This document shows, piece by piece, positions 6,380-11,943 of a DNA stretch of 11,943 nt. Location: NCBI GenBank assembly GCA_963803145.1, contig CAWDLW010000039.1, positions 1 through 11,943 of the forward strand. The letters are read 5' to 3'. The notes under the pieces are model-generated. The model did no database searches. It worked only from the letters and a program-made list of their open reading frames with translations, and was not told where the DNA came from. Numbering within the stretch: position 1 is the stretch's first letter; each line of letters opens with the position of its first letter. The DNA is from Methanotrichaceae archaeon (GTDB lineage: Archaea; Halobacteriota; Methanosarcinia; Methanotrichales; Methanotrichaceae). Position numbers and translations under genes: made by a program.

Positions 6380-7240
6380 TCACAGATATGCCGCCTTGGC
6401 CGCAATGAACTCCCTTGCGAGCCACGCCCCGAGAATTGCAGTCTGCCCTCTATCATAGGCAGGAGCAATCTCGCATATATCCAGAGCTACAATCTTTGAT
6501 GCCAATTTGTCGATAACATCTATGACATCACGAGGAGTAATACCGCAGGGCTCAGGGTTTCCAACCGCAGGTGCGTAAGCCGGATCTATTGCATCCATAT
6601 CTATGGAAATATAGAGGCGCTCGCAGTTTAGATCCGACAGAATATCCTCAAGAGCTGCTTCTATGCCCCTTTGGGCGACCTCATCGCTCGTATGATATCG
6701 GATATCCATCCCCTTCGCATAGTCAAACTCCTCTTTTGAGCCGCTCCGAATGCCGATGGATGAATAACCTTGGATGCCTTCAATCTCCAGCAATCGCTTG
6801 CTTGTGCATGCATGGCTGAATATTGTGCATCCATACTCCGACCTCAAGTCGAGATGAGCATCCATAACGAGAACTCCTAAACCACCCTGCTTTGCTGTAT
6901 GCTCGGCTATCGGCGGTGAGATTGAATGCTCTCCACCTAAAGCTATCGTAACAATGCCATCTGGTATAGTAGATAGTCCATCCTTTATGGCTTCCCGGGC
7001 ATAGGCGGGATCTGAGCCAAGCTCAAGGTTTCCAAGATCGCAGATATGCAGATCTGCAAGGTCTACGTTGTGCCTGCAGTTATAGCTCTCAAAATTATAG
7101 GATGCAAGCCTTATGGCATCAGGGCCATCCCTAGATCCCGCTCTAAAAGAGGCAGTTGAATCAAAAGGCAGCCCAATTACCGCAAAATCAGCGTCTTCAA
7201 GGCAGGATGAGGCGTCGGCAAAGCCGAACTTCTGAAACAT
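6380..7240 (-). CDS. speB: Agmatinase (arginase/ureohydrolase family)
   Basis: 286 aa; GLPFDSTASFRAGSRDGP, GGEHS (H105), DAHLD (D127/H129/D131), SHAC, DMDAIDPAYAPAVGNPEPCG (D214/D216), EIAP. Confidence 0.93.
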   Translation of the reverse strand: MFQKFGFADASSCLEDADFAVIGLPFDSTASFRAGSRDGPDAIRLASYNFESYNCRHNVDLADLHICDLGNLELGSDPAYAREAIKDGLSTIPDGIVTIALGGEHSISPPIAEHTAKQGGLGVLVMDAHLDLRSEYGCTIFSHACTSKRLLEIEGIQGYSSIGIRSGSKEEFDYAKGMDIRYHTSDEVAQRGIEAALEDILSDLNCERLYISIDMDAIDPAYAPAVGNPEPCGITPRDVIDVIDKLASKIVALDICEIAPAYDRGQTAILGAWLAREFIAAKAAYL

Positions 7241-7243
7241 GCC

Positions 7244-7627
7244 TCAGCGTAAGTCGAGCTTAGTCCTGCCCATGACCGATAGGTATGCTACCTCTTTGCC
7301 CTCTTCAAGCTTGGATTTATCCTCAGCTGTGATTGGAACATCCACAGTTGCATAAGAACCCATATCCATGAGCTGTACTGAGTTATCGCTTATGGATAGT
7401 ACCTGTCCAGTCTTCCTCTCAACTGTTGGGACATAAACCTTGTTCGTCACAGGAGAGACCACAGATCTCTTCTGGCCGTCGAATATGCCTATCGCATCCA
7501 CTCTTGCTTTCGCAGCCCCATGTTTTCCCGGCTTTGAATGGGATATGCCCTTGATTACGCAGGGTTCATCGTCGATGATAACGTATCTCCCTTCTTTCAG
7601 CTCTCTGACCTCAACCTGCTCCTTCAT
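7244..7627 (-). CDS. eif5a: Archaeal translation factor 5A (aIF5A/eIF5A)
   Basis: 127 aa; hypusination loop SKPGKHGAAK (K35), VQLMD motif; SD-like AGGTG upstream; stop lies 3 nt before the speB start. Confidence 0.96.
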   Translation of the reverse strand: MKEQVEVRELKEGRYVIIDDEPCVIKGISHSKPGKHGAAKARVDAIGIFDGQKRSVVSPVTNKVYVPTVERKTGQVLSISDNSVQLMDMGSYATVDVPITAEDKSKLEEGKEVAYLSVMGRTKLDLR

Positions 7628-7687
7628 TTTATCACACCTAAATATAGATCTCTAATAACAGACCTAACGACGATTGTAGCTCTCCTA

Positions 7688-8791
7688 TTAAAGGATATTT
7701 CTCATACGCTTGAGAGATTCCTCCAATTTCGCCCGCGAGGCTGAATAAGATAACCTAATGTGCTCCCGTCCGCCGGCACCGAAGGCCGAGCCTGGAACAA
7801 CGATAACACCTGCTTTGGCCAGCCGTGCTGCAACTGCATCTCCATCGCCCACTTTTGGAAATAGATAAAAAGCTCCCTGCGGTATAATGAGATCCACGCC
7901 CATATCCTGAAAGCCCTCAACAAGCAGGTCCCTTCGGCTCATGAACTCATCTCTCATTTTTGAGACACAATCTTGAGGCCCAGTAATTGCAGCGAGGGCA
8001 GCCTTCTGGGAGATTGAGCAGGCACATGCCTGAATGTACTGGTGAGCCTTGAGAAGCTGTTCCAGCGCACAGCCTTTAGCGATTAGATACCCGAGCCTCC
8101 AACCGGTCATGGCGTAAGTTTTGGATACTGCATTGATGGTTATGACATTATCAGAATAGTGTCCCGGACTAAAGTGCTTGCCATCATAGATGAAATGCTC
8201 ATAGACCTCGTCAGATATCAGCGCCAGATTCTTATCATCGGCAATATCCGCCAGCGCATGGATCTCATCCTCAGTCTGAACAGCGCCTGTAGGATTAGCA
8301 GGAGAATTGATTACTATAGCTTTGGTCTTATCAGTGATCCTTTCCTCGACTGCATCGGGAGATAGCCTGAGGTCCTTATTTAAAGGAACGCTCACAGGTT
8401 TGCCGCCAACCAGCTTAGTAAGTGCAGAGTAGGACAAAAAGCTCGGATCGCCTATCAGCACCTCATCCCCATGATCCACGAGCGCAGAGATTGCCAGGAA
8501 AAGTGCCTCGCTTGCTCCCGAAGTGACCATTATCTCTTCAGGTCTGCAGCTTATCCCGTTATCTACTCGGAACTTTTCGGCTAAAGCTGAGCACAACTCA
8601 GGAAATCCGCAGTTTGGCGTATATCCTGTAAACCCTTCCTGGATCGATTTTATTGCAGCCTCTTTGATATGTGCAGGAGTATCGAAGTCAGGCTGCCCAA
8701 GGCCCAGGTTGATCGCGCCAGGGCCTGCGCCCTCAAAGCATTTCCTTATTCCCGAGATCTCTATCTGTTCGGTACAGCTTGCAAACCTCAT
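7688..8791 (-). CDS. PLP-dependent class I/II (aspartate aminotransferase-like) aminotransferase
   Basis: 367 aa; NLGLGQPDF, GYT, VTSGASEAL, NSPANPTG, SDEVYE, PLP-lysine motif SKTYAMTGWRLG, IRLSY; SD GGAGG at 8796-8800. Confidence 0.93.
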   Translation of the reverse strand: MRFASCTEQIEISGIRKCFEGAGPGAINLGLGQPDFDTPAHIKEAAIKSIQEGFTGYTPNCGFPELCSALAEKFRVDNGISCRPEEIMVTSGASEALFLAISALVDHGDEVLIGDPSFLSYSALTKLVGGKPVSVPLNKDLRLSPDAVEERITDKTKAIVINSPANPTGAVQTEDEIHALADIADDKNLALISDEVYEHFIYDGKHFSPGHYSDNVITINAVSKTYAMTGWRLGYLIAKGCALEQLLKAHQYIQACACSISQKAALAAITGPQDCVSKMRDEFMSRRDLLVEGFQDMGVDLIIPQGAFYLFPKVGDGDAVAARLAKAGVIVVPGSAFGAGGREHIRLSYSASRAKLEESLKRMRNIL

Positions 8792-9247
8792 CTATCCTCC
8801 TAATGTTGAACGGTCTTTGATTTGCTCTTCCTTATATGTTATATTTAGCAGGCTGAAGCAGCCAAGCCTGCTGAGCTCCTCTCTTGCAGTGCCCATCCTT
8901 GCCCTTCCTCCGCTCCAGTAGAGCGTAATTTTGATCTCCTTCTGCTCTATCTCGTCAGAAATAGATTCAATAAACATATCCAAGGCTCTCGCATTGGAGA
9001 AGGGGACGACAAATATTGCCCTGTATTTATTATCTTTCCGTGCATAGGAGGTCAGGATATAGCCATTGCTCTCGAACTCGCTTATTTTCCGAAAATCGCA
9101 GATGACCTCTTTCTCGTGCTCGGTAGATGAATCGATTTTGGATATCGTCAATAATATTTTGGCGATCATTGCTTTATCCGCATCCTTTCCGAACCATATG
9201 TTTATGCTGCCCTGAGTTAGAGCTATTGATGCATATGGCCCGCTCAT
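8792..9247 (-). CDS. Hypothetical protein, ~151 aa, predicted alpha/beta
   Basis: C-terminal part of the 242-aa track ORF. Start moved to ATG 9247 (MSGPYASIALTQ...) because the upstream extension is the antisense of the PaaI gene. The stop directly abuts the aminotransferase ATG and the last codons carry that gene's SD. Confidence 0.7.
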   Translation of the reverse strand: MSGPYASIALTQGSINIWFGKDADKAMIAKILLTISKIDSSTEHEKEVICDFRKISEFESNGYILTSYARKDNKYRAIFVVPFSNARALDMFIESISDEIEQKEIKITLYWSGGRARMGTAREELSRLGCFSLLNITYKEEQIKDRSTLGG

Positions 9248-9356
9248 CTCCACAGATACTGGCTCCGGCTTGATGCCTTGGGCACAGGGCATGACTGTTA
9301 GATCGAGGGGAGCAGATTTAACCGTTTCGAAGATATTTCTTGCCGGAGGAATAAGC

Positions 9357-9773
9357 TTGGACGATGTACTTAGATCTCTCGCGGAGCATTTCGAGAAGGA
9401 ACCATATGCCAGACTTCTTGGAATACAGCTAGAAGAGCTTGAGCAGGGCCGTGCCCTGGTTAAAATGGGCCTCTCTGCGGACAATAATAACGTCTTCGGC
9501 GCGACACATGGTGGAGCCATCTTCTCGCTAATGGATGCTGCCTTTGAACTGACAGTGAACTCTCACGGCACTATAGCCGTTGCATTAAATGTAAGCGTGA
9601 ATTACATTAACCCGGTCTCAGCTGGCGAGACAATTTATGCTGAGGGAATAGAGGTAAGCAAATCGAACAGGATATCGACCTGCAGGATAGAGGTCAAAGG
9701 CGGAGACGGCAGAATTATCGCGACCTGCCAGGCTATGGCTTATAGAAAAAAGGACAAGCTGCCATTCCTCTAG
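9357..9773 (+). CDS. PaaI-family hotdog-fold acyl-CoA thioesterase
   Basis: PYARLLGI, NVFGATHGGAIFSLMD (HGG...D motif), VNYINP. Likely start is the in-frame TTG at 9357, 7 nt after SD GGAGG (9345-9349), giving 138 aa. Confidence 0.88.
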   Translation: MDDVLRSLAEHFEKEPYARLLGIQLEELEQGRALVKMGLSADNNNVFGATHGGAIFSLMDAAFELTVNSHGTIAVALNVSVNYINPVSAGETIYAEGIEVSKSNRISTCRIEVKGGDGRIIATCQAMAYRKKDKLPFL

Positions 9774-9774
9774 C

Positions 9775-9790
9775 GAGATAATTTATATTA
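9775..9790 (+). promoter_or_regulatory. Putative TATA promoter for ycaO-tfuA-thiS
   Basis: GAGATAATTTATATTA with TTTATA at 9782-9787, about 21-27 nt before ATG 9808/9814; suggests an independent, probably leaderless, transcript. Confidence 0.5.
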
Positions 9791-9807
9791 CAAAGGGCAC
9801 GATTAGG

Positions 9808-11025
9808 ATGGCGATGATACTGCGGTCATGCATAAAAAAGTACAAAGAGGACACTCACAGGTCTTTGCCTCCAGAGGAGACGCTTGCGCGTGTTGAGTCG
9901 AAAATGCCAGCAGCAGGAATCACACGCGTTGCAGACATAACGAACCTTGACAGAATCGGCATACCCGTCTTCTCATCGATCCGGCCGATGGCCGAGAGGG
10001 GAGCAGTCTCTGTTTACAATGGCAAAGGCGCTACTCCCACAGAGGCCAAGGTCTCAGCTATGATGGAAGGAGTTGAGCGCTACTCGGCTGAAGTCGGAGA
10101 TCGCGAGCTTATGATCTCCAGATTCTCGGATATCGGCAACGGCCTCAACCCCATGGACCTTGTTTTGCCTCAGGGCGCAAATCCGGACGATGAGATACCT
10201 TGGATAGCGGGAAACGATATCATGAACGACGAGGAGGTTTTTGTTCCTGCTAATGCGGTATTCCATCCATTACCACAGGATTATAGACGCCTTTTCAGGA
10301 CGAACACCAATGGTCTCGCCTCGGGCAATGAGATCGAGGAGGCGATATTCCACGGCCTTTCAGAGGTCATAGAGAGGGATGCCTGGGCGCTTGTTGAGGC
10401 ATCCCGCGATACAGGGCCCATAGTCAGGAACGTCGGAAACGGTCTGGCAGGAGGGCTTCTGGATATGTTCGCTAAGGCCGATGTAGCAGTCTATCTAAAG
10501 GATATCACAAGCGATATAGGAATTCCCACCTGCGCCGCAGTCTCAGATGACCTACTGCTGCACGATCCGACACTCCTCACAACCGGTATGGGAACCCATA
10601 CCAACGCAGGTGTTGCTGTTCTTCGTGCCCTGACAGAGGTCGCTCAGAGCAGGCTCACGCAGATTCACGGCGCCAGGGAAGATACAAAGACAGCCGATTT
10701 CAGAAGGCAGATAGGTTATGAAAGGACTAAGAGACTGAATAAGCACTGGTTCGATACATCGCGCGAGAAGGATTTTTCGGATATCGCGTCTTACGATAGC
10801 GATGATTTCCTAGAGGACATAAAGTATATGCTTTCGAGGCTTGAGAGGGCTGGCCTTGACCGCGCGATTGTCGTTGATTTGACAAGAGAAGAAATCGGCG
10901 TGCCGGTTGTGCGAGTGATTGTGCCGGGCCTTGAGATGGCAGCTGTAGATCCAGAGAGGGCTGGCCGGAGGTTCAAAGGTGCCAGGAGCCGTCGTGTTTC
11001 TGGGCCCAAGCCTTCCGAGCGATAA
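9808..11025 (+). CDS. ycaO: YcaO-family McrA-glycine thioamidation protein (methanogenesis marker protein 1 type)
   Basis: 405 aa; [32 protein letters not shown]...[52 protein letters not shown]; adjacent to tfuA. Confidence 0.93.
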   Translation: MAMILRSCIKKYKEDTHRSLPPEETLARVESKMPAAGITRVADITNLDRIGIPVFSSIRPMAERGAVSVYNGKGATPTEAKVSAMMEGVERYSAEVGDRELMISRFSDIGNGLNPMDLVLPQGANPDDEIPWIAGNDIMNDEEVFVPANAVFHPLPQDYRRLFRTNTNGLASGNEIEEAIFHGLSEVIERDAWALVEASRDTGPIVRNVGNGLAGGLLDMFAKADVAVYLKDITSDIGIPTCAAVSDDLLLHDPTLLTTGMGTHTNAGVAVLRALTEVAQSRLTQIHGAREDTKTADFRRQIGYERTKRLNKHWFDTSREKDFSDIASYDSDDFLEDIKYMLSRLERAGLDRAIVVDLTREEIGVPVVRVIVPGLEMAAVDPERAGRRFKGARSRRVSGPKPSER

Positions 11026-11629
11026 GGCATTGCAGATTCTTGATGCAGAATACCTTCCTCCTGCTAGACGCGGGGATATCTGTGATGCTTGCCGGAAAGG
11101 CGCAGATGTGATCTGCTTAATTGATGGCGTATTCTTCCAGGAATGTTCTGTCGCCCATAAGGAGGTGCTGTATGCCCTGAAGCACGGCGTACGGGTTGTA
11201 GGCGCATCAAGCATGGGCGCGCTGAGAGCATCTGAGCTAGATGTCTACGGTATGGAGGGTGTGGGCGAGATATACAGCGCCTACAAAAAAGGAGAGCTCG
11301 TCTCAGATGATGAGGTTGCCCTGATCTTCGATCCTTTTACATTCGAGCCTCGTTCGGAGCCGCTGGTGAACATTCGATATAATCTTAGCCTTGCCTTAAA
11401 GAAGGGCATAATCGATGAGCCGACCAGGGTGGCTATTTTTGAGGCTGCCAAATCACTCTATTTCCCTGAGAGGTCCTATGATAAGATTCTGAAAGCATGT
11501 GAGGGCACTATACCAATAACTAAGATTGAGAGCTTCAGGGCATTTATAAATAATGAGAGAAGGGATCTGAAGATGGAAGATGCAATTGTAGCCCTTAAAA
11601 GGACAAAGGAGATTCTGGATGAGGGTTAA
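10979..11629 (+). CDS. tfuA: TfuA-like thioamidation partner protein
   Basis: 216 aa; [59 protein letters not shown] start 6 nt after SD GGAGGT (10967-10972). Confidence 0.93.
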   Translation: MPGAVVFLGPSLPSDKALQILDAEYLPPARRGDICDACRKGADVICLIDGVFFQECSVAHKEVLYALKHGVRVVGASSMGALRASELDVYGMEGVGEIYSAYKKGELVSDDEVALIFDPFTFEPRSEPLVNIRYNLSLALKKGIIDEPTRVAIFEAAKSLYFPERSYDKILKACEGTIPITKIESFRAFINNERRDLKMEDAIVALKRTKEILDEG

Positions 11630-11894
11630 GGTAAGGCCGTTTGCAGGATTCAGAAACATAATGGGAAAGGAGATCAATGTGGATCTTATTGAAGGCACCG
11701 AGATTAAGGATCTCCTGCAGCTGCTTTGCAATAAACATGAAGGGCTAAAGACGATGCTCTTTGATGAGGAAGGCCTGAAGGAAGATGTGAACATTCTTGT
11801 AAATGGCAAGAATATTGCATCCCTAAAAGGGATCAGAACGGAGCTTAGAGACGGGGATGAGGTTGTGCTATTCCCTGCTGCAATCGGCGGCTAA
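11619..11894 (+). CDS. ThiS/MoaD/SAMP-family ubiquitin-like sulfur carrier
   Basis: 91 aa beta-grasp pattern: VKVRPFA, NILVNG, L.DGDEV.LFPAAIGG with a free C-terminal Gly-Gly; SD AGGAG at 11607-11611; overlaps tfuA by 11 nt. Confidence 0.92.
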   Translation: MRVKVRPFAGFRNIMGKEINVDLIEGTEIKDLLQLLCNKHEGLKTMLFDEEGLKEDVNILVNGKNIASLKGIRTELRDGDEVVLFPAAIGG

Positions 11895-11943
11895 AAAACA
11901 AGTTTAGTTTAATTCGGATAATTTTATTACGTGCGTCTATTGA

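Noticed and set aside
6191-6499. ORFs 6191-6499 (+) and 6196-6468 (-)
   Set aside because: Both overlap the speB 3' end and lack motifs.
7688-8791. Aminotransferase as the missing ArgD
   Set aside because: Motifs are class I/II; ArgD is class III.
6571-11809. Remaining antisense and alternate-frame ORFs over speB, eIF5A, the aminotransferase, ycaO, tfuA and the sulfur carrier
   Set aside because: Shadow ORFs of confident genes.

Overview
Housekeeping-dominated window from a methanogenic euryarchaeon, most consistent with Methanotrichales/Methanosarcinales (inferred from ycaO-tfuA, eIF5A, archaeal TATA/BRE-like promoters and roughly 50% GC genes). It has four blocks. (1) A + strand arginine operon, argC-CBS protein-argJ-argH (366-4463). 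(2) A ~1.9 kb, largely AT-rich, gene-poor accessory gap (4464-6379). It holds a 47-aa cationic hydrophobic small ORF missing from the supplied track (4576-4719), several hairpins and palindromes, a frameshifted minus-strand mini-gene remnant, and a 70-aa two-TM orphan. (3) A - strand operon, hypothetical-class I/II aminotransferase-eIF5A-agmatinase (9247 to 6380). (4) A + strand PaaI thioesterase followed by ycaO-tfuA-ThiS/MoaD, the peptide-backbone thioamidation module best known for the McrA thioglycine. No tRNA, rRNA, CRISPR array or transposase was recognised. The least explained signals are in the 4464-6379 gap. No database searches were run; family calls come from motif recognition.
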